Part shown: positions 52,401 to 64,000 of the stretch, piece after piece
Layout of the letters: the number at the start of each line of letters is the position of its first letter
How positions within the stretch are numbered: position 1 is the stretch's first letter
Origin: the human T2T-CHM13v2.0 reference genome, Homo sapiens
Assembly: GCF_009914755.1 (NCBI RefSeq)
Contig: NC_060939.1
Direction: 5' to 3' (one strand)
Length of the DNA stretch: 64,000 bases
Notes under the pieces: generated by a model
The model's database searches: none
Told to the model about the DNA's origin: nothing
Seen by the model: the letters and a program-made list of their open reading frames with translations, nothing else
Position numbers and translations under genes: made by a program

Positions 52401-55400
52401 ATCCACTTCCAGATACGACAGAAACAGTGATTCAAACCTGCTCTATGAAAGGGAATGTTCAACTAGGTGACTTGAATGCAAACATCACAAAGCAGTTTCT
52501 GAGAATGCTGCTGTCTACTTTCTATTTGTAATCCCGTTTCCAACGAAATCCTCAGAACTATCGAAATTTCCAATTGCAGATTCCACAAAAAGCGTGTTTC
52601 AAAGCTGCTCTGTAAAAAGAAAGGTTCAACTCTGTTAGTTGAATACACACGTCACAAACAAGTTTCTGAGAATGCTTCTGTCTAGTTTTTATGGGAAGAT
52701 ATTTCCTTTTTCACCGTAGGCCTCAAAGCGCTCCAAATGTCCACTTCCACATACTACAAAAAGAGTGTTTCAAACCTGCTCTATGATAGGGAATGTTGAA
52801 ACCTATGAGTTGAATGCAAGCATTACAAAGAGGTTTCTGAGAATGCTTCTGTCTAGATTTTATATGTAGATATTCCCGTTTCCAACGAAATCCTCAAAGC
52901 TATCCAAATATCAACTTGCAGATTCTACAAAAGGAACGTTTCCAAAATGCTGTATCCAAACAAAGGTTCAACTCTGTGAATTGAGGGCATACATCACAAA
53001 GAAGATTCTGAGAATGCTTCTGTCTAGATTTTATATGAAAATATTCCCGTTTCCAACGAAATCCTCAAAGCTATCCAAATATCCACTTGCAAATGCCACA
53101 AAAAGAGTGTTTCCAAACTGCTCTGTGAAAAGGAAGGTTCAACTCTGTTAGTTGAGTACACACATCACAAAGAGGTTTCTGAGAATGCTGCTGACTAGTT
53201 TTTATTTGAAGATATTTCCCTTTTCACCTTAGGCCTAAGAGTGCTCGAAATGTCCATTTCCACATACTCCACAAAGTGTGTTTCAAACGTGCTGTATGAA
53301 AGGGAATGTTCAACTCTATGAGTTGAATGCAAACATCACAAAGAAGACTCTGAGAATGCTTTTGTCTAGATTTTATATGAAGATATTCCCGTGTCCAACG
53401 AAATTTTCAAAGGTCTCCAAATATCCATTTGTAGATTCTACAAAAAGAGTGTTTCCAAACTGCTGTATCAAAACAAAGGTTGAACTCTGTGAGTTGAGGA
53501 CACACATCACAAATAAGTTTCTGAGAATGCTTCTGTCTAGTTTTTATTTGAAGATGTTTCCTTTTTCACCATAGGCCTGAAAGCGCTCGAAATGTCCACT
53601 TCCAGATAGTACAGAAAGAGTGTTTCAAACCTGCTCTATGAACGGGAATGTTCAGCTCTGTGAGTTGAATGCAAACATCACAAAGCAGGTTCTGAGAATG
53701 CTTCCGTCTAGATTTTAAATGAGGATATTCCCGTTTCCAACGAAATCCTCGAAGCTATCCAAATATCCACTTGCAGATTCCACAAAAAGAGTGTTTCAAA
53801 ACTGCTCTGTCAAAAGATAGGTTCAACTCTGTTAGTTGAGTACACACATGGCAAACAAGATTGCGAGAATGCTTTCGTCTAGTTTTTTTGGGAAGATATT
53901 TCCTTCTTCACCATAGGCCTCAAAGCGCTCCAAATATCCATTTCCACATGCTATACAAAGAGTGTCTCAAACCTGCTGTATGAATGGGAATGTTCAACTC
54001 TATGAGTTGAATGCAAACATCACAAAGAAGTTTCTGAGAATGCTGCTGTCTAGATTTTATATGAAGGTTTTCCCGCTTCCAACGAAATTTTCAATGCTCT
54101 CAAAATATCCTCTTGTAGATTCTACAAAAAGAGTGTTTCCAAACTGCTGTATCAAAACAAAGGTTCATCTCTGTTAGTTGAGGACACACATCACAAATAA
54201 GTTTCTGAGAATGCTTCTGTCTAGTTCTTATTTGAAGACATTTCCTTTCTCACCTTAGGCCTGAAAGCGCTCGAAATACCCACTTCCAGATACTACAGAA
54301 ACAGTGATTCAAACCTGCTCTATGAAAGGGAATGTTCAACTAGGTGACTTGAATGCAAACATCACAAAGCAGTTTCTGAGAATGCTGCTGTCTACTTTCT
54401 ATTTGTAATCCCGTTTCCAACGAAATCCTCAGAACTATCGAAATTTCCAATTGCAGATTCCACAGAAACAGGGTTTCAAAGCTGCTCTGTAAAAAGAAAG
54501 GTTCAACTCTGTTAGTTGAATACACACGTCACAAACAAGTTTCTGAGAATGCTTCTGTCTAGTTTTTATGGGAAGATATTTCCTTTTTCACCGTAGGCCT
54601 CAAAGCGCTCCAAATGTCCACGTCCACATACTACAAAAAGAGTGTTTCAAACCTGCTGTATGAAAGGGAATGTTCAACTCTATGAGTTGAATGCAAACAT
54701 TACAAAGAAGTTTCTGAGAATGCTTCTGTCTAGATTTTATATGAAGGTTTTCCCGTTTCCAACGAAATTTTCAATGCTCTCAAAATATCCACTTGTAGAT
54801 TCTACAAAAAGAGTGTTTCCAAACTGCTGTGTCAAAAGAAAGGTTCAACTCTGTTAGTTGAGGACACACATCACAAATAAGTTTCTGAGAATGCTTCTGT
54901 CTAGTTCTTATTTGAAGACATTTCCTTTCTCACCTTAGGCCTGAAAACGCTCGAAATATCCACTTCCAGATACGACAGAAACAGTGATTCAAACCTGCTC
55001 TATGAAAGGGAATGTTCAACTAGGTGACTTGAATGCAAACATCACAAAGCAGTTTCTGAGAATGCTGCTGTCTACTTTCTATTTGTAATCCCGTTTCCAA
55101 CGAAATCCTCAGAACTATCGAAATTTCCAATTGCAGATTCCACAAAAAGCGTGTTTCAAAGCTGCTCTGTAAAAAGAAAGGTTCAACTCTGTTAGTTGAA
55201 TACACACGTCACAAACAAGTTTCTGAGAATGCTTCTGTCTAGTTTTTATGGGAAGATATTTCCTTTTTCACCGTAGGCCTCAAAGCGCTCCAAATGTCCA
55301 CTTCCACATACTACAAAAAGAGTGTTTCAAACCTGCTCTATGATAGGGAATGTTGAAACCTATGAGTTGAATGCAAGCATTACAAAGAGGTTTCTGAGAA

Positions 55401-58400
55401 TGCATCTGTCTAGATTTTATATGTAGATATTCCCGTTTCCAACGAAATCCTCAAAGCTATCCAAATATCAACTTGCAGATTCTACAAAAGGAACGTTTCC
55501 AAAATGCTGTATCCAAACAAAGGTTCAACTCTGTGAATTGAGGGCATACATCACAAAGAAGATTCTGAGAATGCTTCTGTCTAGATTTTATATGAAAATA
55601 TTCCCGTTTCCAACGAAATCCTCAAAGCTATCCAAATATCCACTTGCAAATGCCACAAAAAGAGTGTTTCCAAACTGCTCTGTGAAAAGGAAGGTTCAAC
55701 TCTGTTAGTTGAGTACACACATCACAAAGAGGTTTCTGAGAATGCTGCTGACTAGTTTTTATTTGAAGATATTTCCCTTTTCACCTTAGGCCTAAGAGTG
55801 CTCGAAATGTCCATTTCCACATACTCCACAAAGTGTGTTTCAAACGTGCTGTATGAAAGGGAATGTTCAACTCTATGAGTTGAATGCAAACATCACAAAG
55901 AAGATTCTGAGAATGCTTTTGTCTAGATTTTATATGAAGATATTCCCGTGTCCAACGAAATTTTCAAAGGTCTCCAAATATCCATTTGTAGATTCTACAA
56001 AAAGAGTGTTTCCAAACTGCTGTATCAAAACAAAGGTTGAACTCTGTGAGTTGAGGACACACATCACAAATAAGTTTCTGAGAATGCTTCTGTCTAGTTT
56101 TTATTTGAAGATGTTTCCTTTTTCACCATAGGCCTGAAAGCGCTCGAAATGTCCACTTCCAGATAGTACAGAAAGAGTGTTTCAAACCTGCTCTATGAAC
56201 GGGAATGTTCAGCTCTGTGAGTTGAATGCAAACATCACAAAGCAGGTTCTGAGAATGCTTCCGTCTAGATTTTAAATGAGGATATTCCCGTTTCCAACGA
56301 AATCCTCGAAGCTATCCAAATATCCACTTGCAGATTCCACAAAAAGAGTGTTTCAAAACTGCTCTGTCAAAAGATAGGTTCAACTCTGTTAGTTGAGTAC
56401 ACACATGGCAAACAAGATTGCGAGAATGCTTTCGTCTAGTTTTTTTGGGAAGATATTTCCTTCTTCACCATAGGCCTCAAAGCGCTCCAAATATCCATTT
56501 CCACATGCTATACAAAGAGTGTCTCAAACCTGCTGTATGAATGGGAATGTTCAACTCTATGAGTTGAATGCAAACATCACAAAGAAGTTTCTGAGAATGC
56601 TGCTGTCTAGATTTTATATGAAGGTTTTCCCGCTTCCAACGAAATTTTCAATGCTCTCAAAATATCCTCTTGTAGATTCTACAAAAAGAGTGTTTCCAAA
56701 CTGCTGTATCAAAACAAAGGTTCATCTCTGTTAGTTGAGGACACACATCACAAATAAGTTTCTGAGAATGCTTCTGTCTAGTTCTTATTTGAAGACATTT
56801 CCTTTCTCACCTTAGGCCTGAAAGCGCTCGAAATACCCACTTCCAGATACTACAGAAACAGTGATTCAAACCTGCTCTATGAAAGGGAATGTTCAACTAG
56901 GTGACTTGAATGCAAACATCACAAAGCAGTTTCTGAGAATGCTGCTGTCTACTTTCTATTTGTAATCCCGTTTCCAACGAAATCCTCAGAACTATCGAAA
57001 TTTCCAATTGCAGATTCCACAGAAACAGGGTTTCAAAGCTGCTCTGTAAAAAGAAAGGTTCAACTCTGTTAGTTGAATACACACGTCACAAACAAGTTTC
57101 TGAGAATGCTTCTGTCTAGTTTTTATGGGAAGATATTTCCTTTTTCACCGTAGGCCTCAAAGCGCTCCAAATGTCCACGTCCACATACTACAAAAAGAGT
57201 GTTTCAAACCTGCTGTATGAAAGGGAATGTTCAACTCTATGAGTTGAATGCAAACATTACAAAGAAGTTTCTGAGAATGCTTCTGTCTAGATTTTATATG
57301 AAGGTTTTCCCGTTTCCAACGAAATTTTCAATGCTCTCAAAATATCCACTTGTAGATTCTACAAAAAGAGTGTTTCCAAACTGCTGTGTCAAAAGAAAGG
57401 TTCAACTCTGTTAGTTGAGGACACACATCACAAATAAGTTTCTGAGAATGCTTCTGTCTAGTTCTTATTTGAAGACATTTCCTTTCTCACCTTAGGCCTG
57501 AAAACGCTCGAAATATCCACTTCCAGATACGACAGAAACAGTGATTCAAACCTGCTCTATGAAAGGGAATGTTCAACTAGGTGACTTGAATGCAAACATC
57601 ACAAAGCAGTTTCTGAGAATGCTGCTGTCTACTTTCTATTTGTAATCCCGTTTCCAACGAAATCCTCAGAACTATCGAAATTTCCAATTGCAGATTCCAC
57701 AAAAAGCGTGTTTCAAAGCTGCTCTGTAAAAAGAAAGGTTCAACTCTGTTAGTTGAATACACACGTCACAAACAAGTTTCTGAGAATGCTTCTGTCTAGT
57801 TTTTATGGGAAGATATTTCCTTTTTCACCGTAGGCCTCAAAGCGCTCCAAATGTCCACTTCCACATACTACAAAAAGAGTGTTTCAAACCTGCTCTATGA
57901 TAGGGAATGTTGAAACCTATGAGTTGAATGCAAGCATTACAAAGAGGTTTCTGAGAATGCTTCTGTCTAGATTTTATATGTAGATATTCCCGTTTCCAAC
58001 GAAATCCTCAAAGCTATCCAAATATCAACTTGCAGATTCTACAAAAGGAATGTTTCCAAAATGCTGTATCCAAACAAAGGTTCAACTCTGTGAATTGAGG
58101 GCATACATCACAAAGAAGATTCTGAGAATGCTTCTGTCTAGATTTTATATGAAAATATTCCCGTTTCCAACGAAATCCTCAAAGCTATCCAAATATCCAC
58201 TTGCAAATGCCACAAAAAGAGTGTTTCCAAACTGCTCTGTGAAAAGGAAGGTTCAACTCTGTTAGTTGAGTACACACATCACAAAGAGGTTTCTGAGAAT
58301 GCTGCTGACTAGTTTTTATTTGAAGATATTTCCCTTTTCACCTTAGGCCTAAGAGTGCTCGAAATGTCCATTTCCACATACTCCACAAAGTGTGTTTCAA

Positions 58401-61400
58401 ACGTGCTGTATGAAAGGGAATGTTCAACTCTATGAGTTGAATGCAAACATCACAAAGAAGACTCTGAGAATGCTTTTGTCTAGATTTTATATGAAGATAT
58501 TCCCGTGTCCAACGAAATTTTCAAAGGTCTCCAAATATCCATTTGTAGATTCTACAAAAAGAGTGTTTCCAAACTGCTGTATCAAAACAAAGGTTGAACT
58601 CTGTGAGTTGAGGACACACATCACAAATAAGTTTCTGAGAATGCTTCTGTCTAGTTTTTATTTGAAGATGTTTCCTTTTTCACCATAGGCCTGAAAGCGC
58701 TCGAAATGTCCACTTCCAGATAGTACAGAAAGAGTGTTTCAAACCTGCTCTATGAACGGGAATGTTCAGCTCTGTGAGTTGAATGCAAACATCACAAAGC
58801 AGGTTCCGAGAATGCTTCCGTCTAGATTTTAAATGAGGATATTCCCGTTTCCAACGAAATCCTCGAAGCTATCCAAATATCCACTTGCAGATTCCACAAA
58901 AAGAGTGTTTCAAAACTGCTCTGTCAAAAGATAGGTTCAACTCTGTTAGTTGAGTACACACATGGCAAACAAGATTGCGAGAATGCTTTCGTCTAGTTTT
59001 TTTGGGAAGATATTTCCTTCTTCACCATAGGCCTCAAAGCGCTCCAAATATCCATTTCCACATGCTATACAAAGAGTGTCTCAAACCTGCTGTATGAATG
59101 GGAATGTTCAACTCTATGAGTTGAATGCAAACATCACAAAGAAGTTTCTGAGAATGCTGCTGTCTAGATTTTATATGAAGGTTTTCCCGCTTCCAACGAA
59201 ATTTTCAATGCTCTCAAAATATCCTCTTGTAGATTCTACAAAAAGAGTGTTTCCAAACTGCTGTATCAAAACAAAGGTTCATCTCTGTTAGTTGAGGACA
59301 CACATCACAAATAAGTTTCTGAGAATGCTTCTGTCTAGTTCTTATTTGAAGACATTTCCTTTCTCACCTTAGGCCTGAAAGCGCTCGAAATACCCACTTC
59401 CAGATACTACAGAAACAGTGATTCAAACCTGCTCTATGAAAGGGAATGTTCAACTAGGTGACTTGAATGCAAACATCACAAAGCAGTTTCTGAGAATGCT
59501 GCTGTCTACTTTCTATTTGTAATCCCGTTTCCAACGAAATCCTCAGAACTATCGAAATTTCCAATTGCAGATTCCACAGAAACAGGGTTTCAAAGCTGCT
59601 CTGTAAAAAGAAAGGTTCAACTCTGTTAGTTGAATACACACGTCACAAACAAGTTTCTGAGAATGCTTCTGTCTAGTTTTTATGGGAAGATATTTCCTTT
59701 TTCACCGTAGGCCTCAAAGCGCTCCAAATGTCCACGTCCACATACTACAAAAAGAGTGTTTCAAACCTGCTGTATGAAAGGGAATGTTCAACTCTATGAG
59801 TTGAATGCAAACATTACAAAGAAGTTTCTGAGAATGCTTCTGTCTAGATTTTATATGAAGGTTTTCCCGTTTCCAACGAAATTTTCAATGCTCTCAAAAT
59901 ATCCACTTGTAGATTCTACAAAAAGAGTGTTTCCAAACTGCTGTGTCAAAAGAAAGGTTCAACTCTGTTAGTTGAGGACACACATCACAAATAAGTTTCT
60001 GAGAATGCTTCTGTCTAGTTCTTATTTGAAGACATTTCCTTTCTCACCTTAGGCCTGAAAACGCTCGAAATATCCACTTCCAGATACGACAGAAACAGTG
60101 ATTCAAACCTGCTCTATGAAAGGGAATGTTCAACTAGGTGACTTGAATGCAAACATCACAAAGCAGTTTCTGAGAATGCTGCTGTCTACTTTCTATTTGT
60201 AATCCCGTTTCCAACGAAATCCTCAGAACTATCGAAATTTCCAATTGCAGATTCCACAAAAAGCGTGTTTCAAAGCTGCTCTGTAAAAAGAAAGGTTCAA
60301 CTCTGTTAGTTGAATACACACGTCACAAACAAGTTTCTGAGAATGCTTCTGTCTAGTTTTTATGGGAAGATATTTCCTTTTTCACGGTAGGCCTCAAAGC
60401 GCTCCAAATGTCCACTTCCACATACTACAAAAAGAGTGTTTCAAACCTGCTCTATGATAGGGAATGTTGAAACCTATGAGTTGAATGCAAGCATTACAAA
60501 GAGGTTTCTGAGAATGCTTCTGTCTAGATTTTATATGTAGATATTCCCGTTTCCAACGAAATCCTCAAAGCTATCCAAATATCAACTTGCAGATTCTACA
60601 AAAGGAATGTTTCCAAAATGCTGTATCCAAACAAAGGTTCAACTCTGTGAATTGAGGGCATACATCACAAAGAAGATTCTGAGAATGCTTCTGTCTAGAT
60701 TTTATATGAAAATATTCCCGTTTCCAACGAAATCCTCAAAGCTATCCAAATATCCACTTGCAAATGCCACAAAAAGAGTGTTTCCAAACTGCTCTGTGAA
60801 AAGGAAGGTTCAACTCTGTTAGTTGAGTACACACATCACAAAGAGGTTTCTGAGAATGCTGCTGACTAGTTTTTATTTGAAGATATTTCCCTTTTCACCT
60901 TAGGCCTAAGAGTGCTCGAAATGTCCATTTCCACATACTCCACAAAGTGTGTTTCAAACGTGCTGTATGAAAGGGAATGTTCAACTCTATGAGTTGAATG
61001 CAAACATCACAAAGAAGACTCTGAGAATGCTTTTGTCTAGATTTTATATGAAGATATTCCCGTGTCCAACGAAATTTTCAAAGGTCTCCAAATATCCATT
61101 TGTAGATTCTACAAAAAGAGTGTTTCCAAACTGCTGTATCAAAACAAAGGTTGAACTCTGTGAGTTGAGGACACACATCACAAATAAGTTTCTGAGAATG
61201 CTTCTGTCTAGTTTTTATTTGAAGATGTTTCCTTTTTCACCATAGGCCTGAAAGCGCTCGAAATGTCCACTTCCAGATAGTACAGAAAGAGTGTTTCAAA
61301 CCTGCTCTATGAACGGGAATGTTCAGCTCTGTGAGTTGAATGCAAACATCACAAAGCAGGTTCTGAGAATGCTTCCGTCTAGATTTTAAATGAGGATATT

Positions 61401-64000
61401 CCCGTTTCCAACGAAATCCTCGAAGCTATCCAAATATCCACTTGCAGATTCCACAAAAAGAGTGTTTCAAAACTGCTCTGTCAAAAGATAGGTTCAACTC
61501 TGTTAGTTGAGTACACACATGGCAAACAAGATTGCGAGAATGCTTTCGTCTAGTTTTTTTGGGAAGATATTTCCTTCTTCACCATAGGCCTCAAAGCGCT
61601 CCAAATATCCATTTCCACATGCTATACAAAGAGTGTCTCAAACCTGCTGTATGAATGGGAATGTTCAACTCTATGAGTTGAATGCAAACATCACAAAGAA
61701 GTTTCTGAGAATGCTGCTGTCTAGATTTTATATGAAGGTTTTCCCGCTTCCAACGAAATTTTCAATGCTCTCAAAATATCCTCTTGTAGATTCTACAAAA
61801 AGAGTGTTTCCAAACTGCTGTATCAAAACAAAGGTTCATCTCTGTTAGTTGAGGACACACATCACAAATAAGTTTCTGAGAATGCTTCTGTCTAGTTCTT
61901 ATTTGAAGACATTTCCTTTCTCACCTTAGGCCTGAAAGCGCTCGAAATACCCACTTCCAGATACTACAGAAACAGTGATTCAAACCTGCTCTATGAAAGG
62001 GAATGTTCAACTAGGTGACTTGAATGCAAACATCACAAAGCAGTTTCTGAGAATGCTGCTGTCTACTTTCTATTTGTAATCCCGTTTCCAACGAAATCCT
62101 CAGAACTATCGAAATTTCCAATTGCAGATTCCACAGAAACAGGGTTTCAAAGCTGCTCTGTAAAAAGAAAGGTTCAACTCTGTTAGTTGAATACACACGT
62201 CACAAACAAGTTTCTGAGAATGCTTCTGTCTAGTTTTTATGGGAAGATATTTCCTTTTTCACCGTAGGCCTCAAAGCGCTCCAAATGTCCACGTCCACAT
62301 ACTACAAAAAGAGTGTTTCAAACCTGCTGTATGAAAGGGAATGTTCAACTCTATGAGTTGAATGCAAACATTACAAAGAAGTTTCTGAGAATGCTTCTGT
62401 CTAGATTTTATATGAAGGTTTTCCCGTTTCCAACGAAATTTTCAATGCTCTCAAAATATCCACTTGTAGATTCTACAAAAAGAGTGTTTCCAAACTGCTG
62501 TGTCAAAAGAAAGGTTCAACTCTGTTAGTTGAGGACACACATCACAAATAAGTTTCTGAGAATGCTTCTGTCTAGTTCTTATTTGAAGACATTTCCTTTC
62601 TCACCTTAGGCCTGAAAACGCTCGAAATATCCACTTCCAGATACGACAGAAACAGTGATTCAAACCTGCTCTATGAAAGGGAATGTTCAACTAGGTGACT
62701 TGAATGCAAACATCACAAAGCAGTTTCTGAGAATGCTGCTGTCTACTTTCTATTTGTAATCCCGTTTCCAACGAAATCCTCAGAACTATCGAAATTTCCA
62801 ATTGCAGATTCCACAAAAAGCGTGTTTCAAAGCTGCTCTGTAAAAAGAAAGGTTCAACTCTGTTAGTTGAATACACACGTCACAAACAAGTTTCTGAGAA
62901 TGCTTCTGTCTAGTTTTTATGGGAAGATATTTCCTTTTTCACCGTAGGCCTCAAAGCGCTCCAAATGTCCACTTCCACATACTACAAAAAGAGTGTTTCA
63001 AACCTGCTCTATGATAGGGAATGTTGAAACCTATGAGTTGAATGCAAGCATTACAAAGAGGTTTCTGAGAATGCTTCTGTCTAGATTTTATATGTAGATA
63101 TTCCCGTTTCCAACGAAATCCTCAAAGCTATCCAAATATCAACTTGCAGATTCTACAAAAGGAATGTTTCCAAAATGCTGTATCCAAACAAAGGTTCAAC
63201 TCTGTGAATTGAGGGCATACATCACAAAGAAGATTCTGAGAATGCTTCTGTCTAGATTTTATATGAAAATATTCCCGTTTCCAACGAAATCCTCAAAGCT
63301 ATCCAAATATCCACTTGCAAATGCCACAAAAAGAGTGTTTCCAAACTGCTCTGTGAAAAGGAAGGTTCAACTCTGTTAGTTGAGTACACACATCACAAAG
63401 AGGTTTCTGAGAATGCTGCTGACTAGTTTTTATTTGAAGATATTTCCCTTTTCACCTTAGGCCTAAGAGTGCTCGAAATGTCCATTTCCACATACTCCAC
63501 AAAGTGTGTTTCAAACGTGCTGTATGAAAGGGAATGTTCAACTCTATGAGTTGAATGCAAACATCACAAAGAAGACTCTGAGAATGCTTTTGTCTAGATT
63601 TTATATGAAGATATTCCCGTGTCCAACGAAATTTTCAAAGGTCTCCAAATATCCATTTGTAGATTCTACAAAAAGAGTGTTTCCAAACTGCTGTATCAAA
63701 ACAAAGGTTGAACTCTGTGAGTTGAGGACACACATCACAAATAAGTTTCTGAGAATGCTTCTGTCTAGTTTTTATTTGAAGATGTTTCCTTTTTCACCAT
63801 AGGCCTGAAAGCGCTCGAAATGTCCACTTCCAGATAGTACAGAAAGAGTGTTTCAAACCTGCTCTATGAACGGGAATGTTCAGCTCTGTGAGTTGAATGC
63901 AAACATCACAAAGCAGGTTCTGAGAATGCTTCCGTCTAGATTTTAAATGAGGATATTCCCGTTTCCAACGAAATCCTCGAAGCTATCCAAATATCCACTT

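Larger units (their letters stand above)
1..64000 (-). repeat. Centromeric alpha-satellite HOR array, 2557-bp 15-mer (24 complete units including one 19-mer, plus one partial)
   Basis: GAGAATGC anchor recurs at 1, 168, 339, 510, 681, 848, 1019, 1190, 1361, 1532, 1703, 1874, 2045, 2216, 2387, 2558 (171/167-bp spacing); ORF track repeats with an exact 2557-bp period; CENP-B boxes present. Strand is given as '-' because the canonical CENP-B box (YTTCGTTGGAARCGGGA) reads on the minus strand. Confidence 0.99.

Noticed and set aside
265-63802. About 140 short ORFs (61, 71, 98 aa) on both strands
   Set aside because: Chance open frames in alpha-satellite, repeated with the HOR period; many start at GTG/TTG; no recognisable domain or gene context. 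The MFPK ORF disappears in eight units only because of the ATG->ACG SNV.
1-64000. CRISPR-like or other repeat-spacer system suggested by regularly spaced conserved motifs (CTGAGAATGC, CENP-B box)
   Set aside because: The intervening sequences are homologous monomer bodies, not unique spacers, and there are no associated genes.
1-64000. Transposon insertion, inversion or unique island within the array
   Set aside because: The ORF phase is constant at 2557 bp apart from the single +680 step, and orientation never changes, leaving no room for an insertion.
1-64000. Claim that this window is the kinetochore site (CENP-A domain / centromere dip region) or produces a functional ncRNA
   Set aside because: High homogeneity and dense CENP-B boxes fit an active array, but kinetochore position and transcription are not readable from sequence alone.

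Overview
The whole 64 kb window is one uninterrupted, single-orientation, highly homogeneous primate (human-type) centromeric alpha-satellite higher-order repeat (HOR) array; it contains no genes, transposons or unique sequence. The unit is a 2557-bp 15-mer (13 x 171 bp + 2 x 167 bp). With the phase set at GAGAATGC (position 1), units H1-H25 start at 1, 2558, 5115, 7672, 10229, 13466, 16023, 18580, 21137, 23694, 26251, 28808, 31365, 33922, 36479, 39036, 41593, 44150, 46707, 49264, 51821, 54378, 56935, 59492 and 62049 (H25 partial). H5 is a 3237-bp 19-mer with an extra 680-bp tetramer. The 15-mer is itself an 1877-bp 11-mer plus an older internal 680-bp duplication. CENP-B-box and pJalpha-box monomers alternate (BABABABBABABABA), as in a dimeric suprachromosomal family; from memory the 11/15-mer lengths best fit the chromosome 15 active array (D15Z3/S2C15H1L), which I cannot verify here. 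All listed ORFs are repeat artefacts. I find no previously undescribed biological system; the informative signal is array micro-evolution: one structural variant, a probable conversion tract, three broken CENP-B boxes and shared SNV haplotypes that record local duplications. Variants were read by eye, so some may be missed.
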